From an uncultured virus (IMG/VR IMGVR_UViG_2667527966_000006) (taxonomy: Duplodnaviria; Heunggongvirae; Uroviricota; Caudoviricetes), in IMG/VR virus record IMGVR_UViG_2667527966_000006: a stretch of DNA of 64,000 bases; one strand, written 5' to 3'. The number at the start of each line of letters is the position of its first letter. Positions within the stretch are counted from its first letter, which is position 1. Under the pieces are notes generated by a model. It made no database searches. It was not told the origin of the DNA and was given only the letters and a program-made list of their open reading frames with translations. The position numbers and the translations under genes are program-made. Of this stretch, positions 20,506 through 27,471 are shown piece by piece.

Positions 20506-20704
20506 GCGAGAGAAGGAAACCCTGCGTGAAATCAGCCAATGGTCATGTTTCTACGCTAACTGGAAACCCAAGACACGAGCCAAGCTCGAGCAGATGAACC
20601 TGGTGGCCAATGTCGAACCGGAAGGAAAGGCAGAGAACTACCAGTTAACGAATAAGGGGCGAGAGCTGCTTGAGCAACTGATTGAAGCAGGAGAATACTC
20701 ATGA
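20489..20704 (+). CDS. Small winged-helix-like protein
   Basis: AAGGAG RBS; 'LSKREKETL...L....LV......YQLTNKGRELL' pattern. Confidence 0.6.
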   Translation: MIVLSKREKETLREISQWSCFYANWKPKTRAKLEQMNLVANVEPEGKAENYQLTNKGRELLEQLIEAGEYS

Positions 20705-20916
20705 TTCCATACATCGTATTGTCTTTTTTTGGAGGCGTCGCCCTTGGCTTCATCATCTGTCATGACTTGATTAAGAAGTTTGCCCGTAACTTACATTTCT
20801 GTAGCTCCACGGGGCGACTCCTACAGAGCATATCTGAAGATGGTATAATTAATGTCATCAACCAAAAGAGTGCTTCATATGACACTAGCTCAACTGAAAG
20901 ATATTTATGCTCGTAA
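20701..20916 (+). CDS. Small membrane protein, 3' end possibly replaced by an insertion
   Basis: N-terminal TM 'IPYIVLSFFGGVALGFII'; tail runs into the AT-rich insert. Confidence 0.4.
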   Translation: MIPYIVLSFFGGVALGFIICHDLIKKFARNLHFCSSTGRLLQSISEDGIINVINQKSASYDTSSTERYLCS

Positions 20917-21268
20917 TGATCTCACCGCAGATGAACTTCGTGTTGTTGTTGATCGGCTTAACCAACAACGTACTAAATTTGATACTGAACTGCCTGAAAT
21001 TAAGCCACCAGTTACTGGTGGTTGGTTGTCTAGGAGTCGGTCGTTGCAGCAAGCCCAAATAAATAAAAATCTTTGTAATCATTATAAAGAGCAAATTCAG
21101 CAGTGGATTACTCTGATTGAGTATTACGAGGGATCACTGAGTAAATATGAAAAGGTGAAAAGATTTGTGGGAAAGCATAAATGGTTCTTTGTAATAGCGA
21201 CAACTGTTATCGCGAAAAGCTATGTGGCCTATGATGTTATCGAAGGATGGATAAGTAAAATTGTGTGA
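20852..21268 (+). CDS. AT-rich accessory protein with C-terminal TM
   Basis: 138-aa ORF; helical with hydrophobic 'WFFVIATTVIA'. Confidence 0.55.
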   Translation: MSSTKRVLHMTLAQLKDIYARNDLTADELRVVVDRLNQQRTKFDTELPEIKPPVTGGWLSRSRSLQQAQINKNLCNHYKEQIQQWITLIEYYEGSLSKYEKVKRFVGKHKWFFVIATTVIAKSYVAYDVIEGWISKIV

Positions 21269-21445
21269 ATCACTTATACGTTCATAGACGACAAAATGTA
21301 TTAACAACGTAGAACAGGTGACTGCTACAGATCTAAGAAAGTGCGATTGATCAGAGTCAAACGTTTAACGGCCACAATCCAACGGACGCAGGATGAGAAG
21401 CCAGTACTGATCAAAAAATGATCAAACTGACGTATGAAATAATAG

Positions 21446-21481
21446 GTAAGTATTTACTTATTAAATTGATACAACTATGAT
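21446..21481 (+). promoter_or_regulatory. Putative sigma70 promoter of ncRNA cluster overlapped by operator A
   Basis: TTTACT (21453-58)-17 bp-TATGAT (21476-81); GTAAGTATTTAC at 21446-57 covers the -35. Confidence 0.55.
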
Positions 21482-21489
21482 TGGCTTGT

Positions 21490-21615
21490 TTTCGTTGAAA
21501 CGCGACTGTTTGAACGTTTAAAGATAACTGCAAACGACAATCAGTACCTGGCAGTAGCCTAAAAAGCTAAACACCAGCGAGGTCAGTTTCCAGCCTCGTC
21601 ACCGAAATGGGACAC
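21490..21615 (+). ncRNA. tmRNA-like mRNA domain (tag ANDNQYLAVA*) lacking a tRNA-like domain
   Basis: ATAACT-GCA AAC GAC AAT CAG TAC CTG GCA GTA GCC TAA at 21524-21562; stop codon in a hairpin loop; possible pseudoknots on both sides. Confidence 0.65.
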
Positions 21616-21642
21616 ACTAAGCGAGTGTGATTGCAAAACGCA

Positions 21643-21674
21643 GGTAGGGCATCTGGTTAACCAGTGCCCTTACC
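21643..21674 (+). ncRNA. Structured element 1 of ncRNA array
   Basis: GGTA-GGGCA-t-CTGGTT/AACCAG-TGCCC-t-TACC near-perfect hairpin. Confidence 0.45.
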
Positions 21675-21675
21675 G

Positions 21676-21759
21676 ATGAGGTAACAGAATGGGCGGTTGG
21701 GTTTTATGTCCAACACATCCCGGCTCCCAAAGGCCCGACCGTCTATCCTGTTACGTCAT
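21676..21759 (+). ncRNA. Structured element 2 (long hairpin)
   Basis: ATGAGGTAACAGAATGGGCGGTTGGGTTTT pairs with AAAGGCCCGACCGTCTATCCTGTTACGTCAT using several G-U pairs. Confidence 0.5.
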
Positions 21760-21832
21760 TTCTGTTACTTATGTCGTTTAGTTTTGGGTTAAAAATGGCG
21801 ACGTAACACGGCTGGTTAGGTGAGCCAGCACG

Positions 21833-21925
21833 CAACGTTGAGACCACTGGTTTTTGCATCACAGAGGCAGAACCGGCAGACATGTAGGGCCAAGTACATT
21901 AATCCGTTCCGTGGTCTCAACGTTG
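21833..21925 (+). ncRNA. Structured element 3 (15-bp closing stem, two internal hairpins)
   Basis: CAACGTTGAGACCAC/GTGGTCTCAACGTTG perfect; inner CTGGTTTTTGC/GCAGAACCGG and ATGTA/TACAT. Confidence 0.55.
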
Positions 21926-21985
21926 TGGTCACGGATTCATTATCCTTCTGGTTATAGCCATTGTTGTCACTGCCCCGTGGCCACA
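21924..21985 (+). ncRNA. Structured element 4 (11-bp stem, 40-nt loop)
   Basis: TGTGGTCACGG/CCGTGGCCACA with one G-U pair. Confidence 0.5.
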
Positions 21986-22197
21986 GCGATTAAATGATTC
22001 CATACATCTAATTTGATCTGAATGAAAACTCTCCTCAACCCTCGGAGAGTATTTGAAGGTCTTGGCTTGTAAGCGTTTGGTGAACACGTAAAGCACAAGT
22101 GGCAGAAAACGGTAGGACTGCTGCGAACGACACCGGTGAATCGGCGATACGGCCCCACAAGTCCGTAAATCGACAGAGGCTGACGGTGTCAACCTTA

Positions 22198-22272
22198 GAT
22201 GGTGTAGCTCAGTGGTAGAGCGGTTGACTGTTAATCAGCTGGTCGGTGGTTCGAATCCACCCACCATCGCCA
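22198..22272 (+). tRNA. tRNA-Asn (GTT)
   Basis: Cloverleaf: GATGGTG/CACCATC acceptor, GCTC/GAGC D stem, CT-GTT-AA loop, GGTGG-TTCGAAT-CCACC T arm, encoded CCA. Confidence 0.95.
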
Positions 22273-22363
22273 CAACGGTAAGGGTATTTGGACGACAGCA
22301 AGGAAGGCGCGCTCTTTGGCTGTTCGCGACGGATCTGATTCCCTGAATGCCCTTACCGTTGTG
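22271..22363 (+). ncRNA. Structured element 5 (18-bp closing stem, internal hairpins)
   Basis: CACAACGGTAAGGGTATT/AATGCCCTTACCGTTGTG. Confidence 0.55.
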
Positions 22364-22416
22364 ATGAATTGCAGCTCGTTGAAGCAACCAGAAGATAAGC
22401 ATCTGGCGTCACAACG
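22357..22416 (+). ncRNA. C4-like antisense RNA
   Basis: 10-bp closing stem CGTTGTGATG/CGTCACAACG with two inner hairpins; 'CCAGAAGATAAGCATCTGG' resembles the C4-family 3' hairpin. Confidence 0.5.
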
Positions 22417-22419
22417 AAC

Positions 22420-22506
22420 GGAGGATAGAGGGCATGGCGCCCAAGCGGTCTTGAAAACCGTCCCATTGCGAAAGCGATGATGGTTCGATTCCATTATCCT
22501 CCGCCA
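22420..22506 (+). tRNA. tRNA-Ser (TGA), probable 8/4 fold
   Basis: GGAGGATA/TATCCTCC acceptor, GCGGT-CTTGAAA-ACCGT anticodon arm, long variable arm CATTGC-GAAA-GCGATG, ATGG-TTCGATT-CCAT T arm, GCCA end. Confidence 0.88.
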
Positions 22507-22507
22507 A

Positions 22508-22586
22508 CACAGCGTTGAGCGGTTTGGTTTGATTTCTTATCGAAAAGACTCCGCCTGTCACCATGGCCAGACCGCTCAACGCTGTG
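22508..22586 (+). ncRNA. Structured element 6 (21-bp stem, 37-nt loop)
   Basis: CACAGCGTTGAGCGGTTTGGT/GCCAGACCGCTCAACGCTGTG with G-U pairs. Confidence 0.55.
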
Positions 22587-22658
22587 ATAGACATTACGGC
22601 AGACGTTCTTTAACCATAGCTTCTAGTATCTTAGCAACACTTTTTCAGCGCAAAATCC

Positions 22659-22680
22659 AAAGGGGCTTCGGCCCCTTTTT
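22659..22680. terminator. Bidirectional Rho-independent terminator closing the ncRNA cluster
   Basis: AAAGGGGC-TTCG-GCCCCTTTTT. Confidence 0.85.
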
Positions 22681-22682
22681 GC

Positions 22683-24218
22683 TTAGTTAGGCCGTTGTTG
22701 AATTGCCGATACAATTGCTGCTCTAAACTCCGGTGCATCGCTCTTTAACCGATAATCATCAAGCGAGTCATATATATCTAGTAGCATTTTGCGGTAATTA
22801 GGACTTGCTGAGTTTAAATGCCCCTTTGTCACAAAATTTAATAATGAGAGCTTAATATCCTCTAATTCTTCATGTCTGTTTAATCTAATGTAAGAGGAAA
22901 CAACCGAGCCCAAGATATTTCTTCTAGTTGACAAGCTCAATTTGTTATTGGGTATAACTTGCTGCAACATATCACTCAGTAATTTTGAAGCCTGCTTCGG
23001 AATGTAGTGAATATCGAAGTGATCTTTATTCAAATTTTGCTGAGGGATTTCTGCCTTATCAATATATATGCTTTGCTCCATCCAGTCTGTAGAAATATAA
23101 AACAAACGGCATAAAATATAATGAAAAGGAGTCTCCCACCCACCAATATAATTATCTGTTTGCCTGTCCATGTTCTTTAATATTTTAGCCGCAAAATGGT
23201 CATAATAATGAAGCCACAGATGATCTTGATGCCCCTGATGAATAGCCTCATGAACCATGATTTGAAACATAGACACCCCAGAGTAAATGGGGCATCTATA
23301 CTTCGAGATATCGCTATAGAATCCTAATGGTTTATTGAGCGATTTAATAAGATTTTCATCCTCCTCGAGGATACATAAGATATTATCGCCAATATCACGA
23401 TAGATCTGTGTTTTCTCAGCAAACGCAGCGTTAGAGAAGAAAAAGTGTAAAATACGGTTGCTTTCAGGAATCAACAAGCGATGCCCTAGTCTTATATTAA
23501 TATTATTCTTAAGTTCAACATATAGACGACTATTAGGTGAACTGAGCAATGCTCTGATGAAATTATAAGAAAAATCAGAACGAACTGTTGGCTCAATCTT
23601 GATTAACTCTAGGCAGAGAGAGGGGTGTGCTAGAGCAAAATGATTTGTGAGTTCAGGTGAGGAAACAATATTTATTAATGCTTCGCGTGAATGTTCGGCA
23701 GCTGTATCACTGTTAGTTAACCGAAGTTTTTCGGCAATTTTATTAAGAAAGCTCCGCTTTGCTGGTTTATCAATTATTGATATTAGCCTCCCTAATTGCG
23801 GCGCAAGCAATTGAGCAAGATCATCATATTTTTTAGTTAGGTGTAAATTTTCGACTAATTCGAGAAATATTTTTGTCCTGCTAGATGATAGTTTTGGGTT
23901 TTTTAAGCGTGCTAAAAGATAAATTGAAACAGTAAGTAATATAAGATATACGGCACTTGAACTATCTAATCCCCACATCCAAGGGCCAAAACTAAAATAT
24001 AAACCCAATGCTTTCAAAGTTGGTGCGAACACTAAGTAATTACTTAGGATAAATGAAGTAACAATAATTGCCCAATCCCACCAAGCCAGACAAAATCGCA
24101 AGCGAAGACGTGCATTTGGGGTTATAAGAGCCCAAACCGCAGCGATGACGCCCAGTATGGTTAGTAGACTTGTGGTATCAATTTTGTCTGGAGGTGTCAT
24201 AATTAATTGCAATCCCAT
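22683..24218 (-). CDS. AT-rich accessory membrane protein (3 N-terminal TM + large helical domain with HExxH)
   Basis: 511-aa ORF antisense to backbone; 'HEAIH' motif; start may be 24200. Confidence 0.75.
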   Translation of the reverse strand: MGLQLIMTPPDKIDTTSLLTILGVIAAVWALITPNARLRLRFCLAWWDWAIIVTSFILSNYLVFAPTLKALGLYFSFGPWMWGLDSSSAVYLILLTVSIYLLARLKNPKLSSSRTKIFLELVENLHLTKKYDDLAQLLAPQLGRLISIIDKPAKRSFLNKIAEKLRLTNSDTAAEHSREALINIVSSPELTNHFALAHPSLCLELIKIEPTVRSDFSYNFIRALLSSPNSRLYVELKNNINIRLGHRLLIPESNRILHFFFSNAAFAEKTQIYRDIGDNILCILEEDENLIKSLNKPLGFYSDISKYRCPIYSGVSMFQIMVHEAIHQGHQDHLWLHYYDHFAAKILKNMDRQTDNYIGGWETPFHYILCRLFYISTDWMEQSIYIDKAEIPQQNLNKDHFDIHYIPKQASKLLSDMLQQVIPNNKLSLSTRRNILGSVVSSYIRLNRHEELEDIKLSLLNFVTKGHLNSASPNYRKMLLDIYDSLDDYRLKSDAPEFRAAIVSAIQQRPN

Positions 24219-24416
24219 ATGTTCATATACAGACTTCCCAGAAGGTTCCTACGAGCAAAAAGAAGTTCGCGAAGAATATACGCAAGATACCTCTTTTCTT
24301 TTTGTATAGCACTACTAGGATAAAGATAGATATTTAGCATATAAGTAATTACTTACTTACTTTTTCTGTCGATTTTAGGTATAGTTCTTCCGGTTACTCA
24401 CTTGAAAGGACTCAAT

Positions 24417-25193
24417 ATGGGAAACAAACGTAAACAGGCGCGACGTGCAGCTCGCCAGGCGCTTAAGTCAAAATCGCGTATCCTCGGCTACGAGATCGAC
24501 ACTATTATCGTAGACGAGCTGGCCTCCGCCGCCCCTGCTCTGCCCCCAAAACCGAAGCGTGATACTTCCCCCATAGAGGCACGCAATGAGGCCCAGGCCC
24601 ACTATCTTATCTCTCTTGATAGCAAAGCACTGACGTTCGCCACTGGCGAAGCCGGCTGCGGTAAAACCTTCCTGGCGACGGCCGTCGCCGCACAGCGATT
24701 ACTCGATAAGGAAGTAGAGCGAATTATCGTTACGCGCCCCGTACTGCAGGCAGAGGAGGATTTGGGCTTCCTGCCTGGCGATATGGCTGAGAAGTTCGCT
24801 CCGTTCTTTCGTCCCGTCTACGATGTGCTCCAGAAGCGCCTTGGCGCTTCATTTCTCGAATACTGCCTAAAGCCAGAGGTGGCCAAAGTCGAGATCGCAC
24901 CCTTCGCATACATGCGCGGCCGCACCTTCGAAAACGCTGTGGTGATCCTCGATGAGGCCCAGAACGTGACAGCGTCACAAATGAAGATGTTCCTGACCCG
25001 GATGGGTGAGAACGTAACGGTCATCGTGAATGGTGATGTAACCCAATGCGATCTGCCGGGTAATGTTAAATCTGGTCTTGAGGACGCCCTGCAGCGGTTC
25101 CAGCCATCTCGCCAGATAGGGCTCATTGAGTTCACGGCCGAAGATTGCGTGCGCTCAGAGCTGTGTAAAGTGGCGCTTCAAGCCTATCTGTAA
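24417..25193 (+). CDS. phoH: PhoH-family ATPase
   Basis: 'GEAGCGKT', 'RP......LGFLPG', 'AYMRGRTF', 'ILDEAQN' and 'GD..QCD' motifs. Confidence 0.93.
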   Translation: MGNKRKQARRAARQALKSKSRILGYEIDTIIVDELASAAPALPPKPKRDTSPIEARNEAQAHYLISLDSKALTFATGEAGCGKTFLATAVAAQRLLDKEVERIIVTRPVLQAEEDLGFLPGDMAEKFAPFFRPVYDVLQKRLGASFLEYCLKPEVAKVEIAPFAYMRGRTFENAVVILDEAQNVTASQMKMFLTRMGENVTVIVNGDVTQCDLPGNVKSGLEDALQRFQPSRQIGLIEFTAEDCVRSELCKVALQAYL

Positions 25194-25321
25194 GGAAAAT
25201 GATTGTTATGGCGATTTCGAAAGAATTCTTACCTTTACCGTTCGGTGTGGCTGGCTACTATCCACCTGGATCAGAGATCGGCCGCAACCCCCAGTTGTGC
25301 GAGGATAAACGAGAGAAAACA

Positions 25322-25567
25322 ATGAAGTTTGTGATTTATGGACGAGAAAATTGCTCCTTTTGCAAGCGAGCCGTTGAGCTGGCGAAGCAGCTGCAGGGGC
25401 ATGGATATGGCGAATATCAGTACATCGATATTGTCGCTGCCGGGATCGATAAGCAAAAGCTGAGTGGCATGGTTGGGAAGCCGGTAGAAACCATTCCCCA
25501 GGTGTTTTTGGACGATGTTCCAATCGGCGGTTACACAGAATTTGCTGCTTTCGCAAGCACTCTGTAA
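25322..25567 (+). CDS. grxA: Glutaredoxin (Grx1-like)
   Basis: 'VIYGR..CSFC.RA', 'VETIPQVF' and 'IGGYTEF'; start chosen at ATG 25322. Confidence 0.88.
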   Translation: MKFVIYGRENCSFCKRAVELAKQLQGHGYGEYQYIDIVAAGIDKQKLSGMVGKPVETIPQVFLDDVPIGGYTEFAAFASTL

Positions 25568-25573
25568 TACAAT

Positions 25574-25596
25574 ACGGCTCCGTTTGGGGCCGTTTT
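25574..25596 (+). terminator. Rho-independent terminator
   Basis: ACGGCTCC-gttt-GGGGCCGT followed by TTT. Confidence 0.6.
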
Positions 25597-25661
25597 GATT
25601 TGTCGCTTTTGATAACAGAGCGTACACTTAGGTACGAGCCATTTAGCTGTAAAGAGGTTTT

Positions 25662-26279
25662 ATGCATTTAGAAAATTGCCTGGAAGATATGAATGTCATT
25701 AGCAATGCTCTTGCTACCGTGACTTCTAACGCTTCACGCTTTTCGAATGCAAATAGCACTCCGAAAGCATTCCCGAAGCGTGTACACACAAAATTTAAGA
25801 TGCGTCCTCGTTTCGGCGGCATCACAAGGTCGACGAGGCCCGGTTTTGCAGATTCCCATGAGTTCAGACTGCCGCAAACGGAAGGTATTCCGGTTGCTGA
25901 GAGTGACACCGCAGCTCAACTTGCGGATATTGAACAAAGGCTCGCAGAGCTGACGGCGAAACACGTCCAGTTGACCCATAACATTTCAGGTTACAGCGCG
26001 GAACAAATCCGCGATACTTTCGGTGAAAGCCGTTACGAGGACTTGAAGAACGTTGACCTGTCCATACGCGGTTTAGAAGGCTTCGTTAACAAGTTCATCC
26101 GTGATGCTGAACAGCCACATCCGTACCTGAAACGCTTGAGTGATGCTATCACTGAGTACCGTCTGGCGGTTTCTGACCTCCTGATGATTTTAAATCAGTG
26201 CTTTAACGAAGTTGAGGTTATCGAATCGCAGACAGGTCTCATTGATGAGGACGTCTTCGCAAACTTCTCCTTCCATTAA
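25662..26279 (+). CDS. Hypothetical protein, putative antitoxin of downstream YafO-like toxin
   Basis: Directly upstream of the toxin (9-bp gap); acidic C-terminus. Confidence 0.55.
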   Translation: MHLENCLEDMNVISNALATVTSNASRFSNANSTPKAFPKRVHTKFKMRPRFGGITRSTRPGFADSHEFRLPQTEGIPVAESDTAAQLADIEQRLAELTAKHVQLTHNISGYSAEQIRDTFGESRYEDLKNVDLSIRGLEGFVNKFIRDAEQPHPYLKRLSDAITEYRLAVSDLLMILNQCFNEVEVIESQTGLIDEDVFANFSFH

Positions 26280-26288
26280 GGCTGATCG

Positions 26289-26699
26289 ATGAAAGTCACA
26301 TGGAACAGTGATAGTTACGCCCAATTTTTGGAGCCGGTCTTCAGAGTAATGCCTGATCTGGAGACCTCATTACTTACTGATTTTGTGAGTTTTAAGAACG
26401 GCTTTTATCCGGCCGTTTTTGGCAAAGATGGCCCCTATACCGAACCAGGTTCTGTAGTTTCATCTCGTGTTTACCACGTTCATCTCTTATTCACCAAGCA
26501 AGAACGAAATAGTCACCGCAACAGGTTCAACTGTACAAGCGACCGCGCCCTCGTTTATACCCAGCACGCCAAGTTTCAGGACGTGTATAGTCTGCTGGCT
26601 ATCTTCCCGAAAGAGGCACACAAAACAGCCAGTGATCCAGTCAAAATGAGCGACATCGCCAAATACGCGGCAGCCTTCCAGAAATTAACAAACCCGTAG
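26289..26699 (+). CDS. YafO-family mRNA interferase toxin
   Basis: 'FGKDGPY', 'HVHL', 'TSDRALVY' and 'LLAI.P..AH' YafO motifs. Confidence 0.78.
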   Translation: MKVTWNSDSYAQFLEPVFRVMPDLETSLLTDFVSFKNGFYPAVFGKDGPYTEPGSVVSSRVYHVHLLFTKQERNSHRNRFNCTSDRALVYTQHAKFQDVYSLLAIFPKEAHKTASDPVKMSDIAKYAAAFQKLTNP

Positions 26700-26763
26700 T
26701 TACCTGCAGCTCCATGCCTTTCTCATTCGTAGCGTGGTTATATTGCGATAATTTTCATATTTT

Positions 26764-27123
26764 TTAGGCACTTAATCTAGTCTTTGCGCGTATGCATAAA
26801 TATACGAGAAATAACGGTACAGAAAGCGGCAGGCAAAATAACCACAAAATAATGAACATGCCATACACACCGCTATTCACGCCAATGTGACGATCCCAAA
26901 AGGGTTTGGTCATTATCTTAAGGGCTAGTTTCTCCGAAGTATAATATGAGAATGGGTACAGAATGGCGCTTAAAACAAGATATGTAACCACAAATGGCAT
27001 ATAAGGAGCATAGGCAGGAAAAATGAGTCCGTCATTCATATCGCGCACTATAAAATAGATCAGATAGCCATAACCACACCATCCCCATAAGCAGTGCCGT
27101 AAATAATATTTTAAGGTCATCAT
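26764..27123 (-). CDS. Colicin E1-family immunity protein (orphan)
   Basis: 'M.LKYY....LWG', 'S.ILYPFS.Y..E..A......FW' and 'LFCL.L..P' with 3 TM, resembling ColE1 Imm. Confidence 0.7.
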   Translation of the reverse strand: MMTLKYYLRHCLWGWCGYGYLIYFIVRDMNDGLIFPAYAPYMPFVVTYLVLSAILYPFSYYTSEKLALKIMTKPFWDRHIGVNSGVYGMFIILWLFCLPLSVPLFLVYLCIRAKTRLSA

Positions 27124-27342
27124 CTATGATTCCTTCATAGCTATACCATTAAAGCTATCATAACATGAATTGACGAATCCCCCTTCGAGACCAAGCGGCA
27201 TCGAGACAGCCATAAACGCAAACATGACTAAACTGGCACCGGACAACGATGGGACATAACGCAAAGACAAGGGTGATGTCGCAAACAAACAAGCGGGAAA
27301 TGGCACGGCCCTGATGACTAATTTTCAAAAAAAGGCCTTTCT

Positions 27343-27373
27343 ATGATTCCATACTTGGTAGGTATGGAATCAT
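27343..27373. other. Candidate recombination site (12-bp inverted arms, 7-bp asymmetric spacer)
   Basis: ATGATTCCATAC-TTGGTAG-GTATGGAATCAT, 100 bp upstream of a tyrosine recombinase. Confidence 0.55.
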
Positions 27374-27424
27374 TAGACAAAAGAGGGTATTTTAGGTTGA
27401 TCTCAATAAAAACAATGCCTAATA

Positions 27425-27444
27425 TACTGTATATAAATACAGTA
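27425..27444. promoter_or_regulatory. LexA (SOS) box
   Basis: TACTGTATATAAATACAGTA, near-consensus CTG-N10-CAG. Confidence 0.88.
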
Positions 27445-27471
27445 TAACAAGCGTCATACAGTGGCCAGATT

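Noticed and set aside
21270..22200. Complete canonical tmRNA (ssrA)
   Set aside because: No 5' acceptor/D-loop or T-arm-CCA with G3-U70 found; only the mRNA-like domain is supported.
21643..22586. CRISPR or other repeat-spacer array
   Set aside because: The stems are inverted repeats that differ in sequence from unit to unit; there is no direct repeat.
21929..22594. Minus-strand ORFs across the ncRNA cluster
   Set aside because: Antisense to tRNAs and stems, with no protein-like features.
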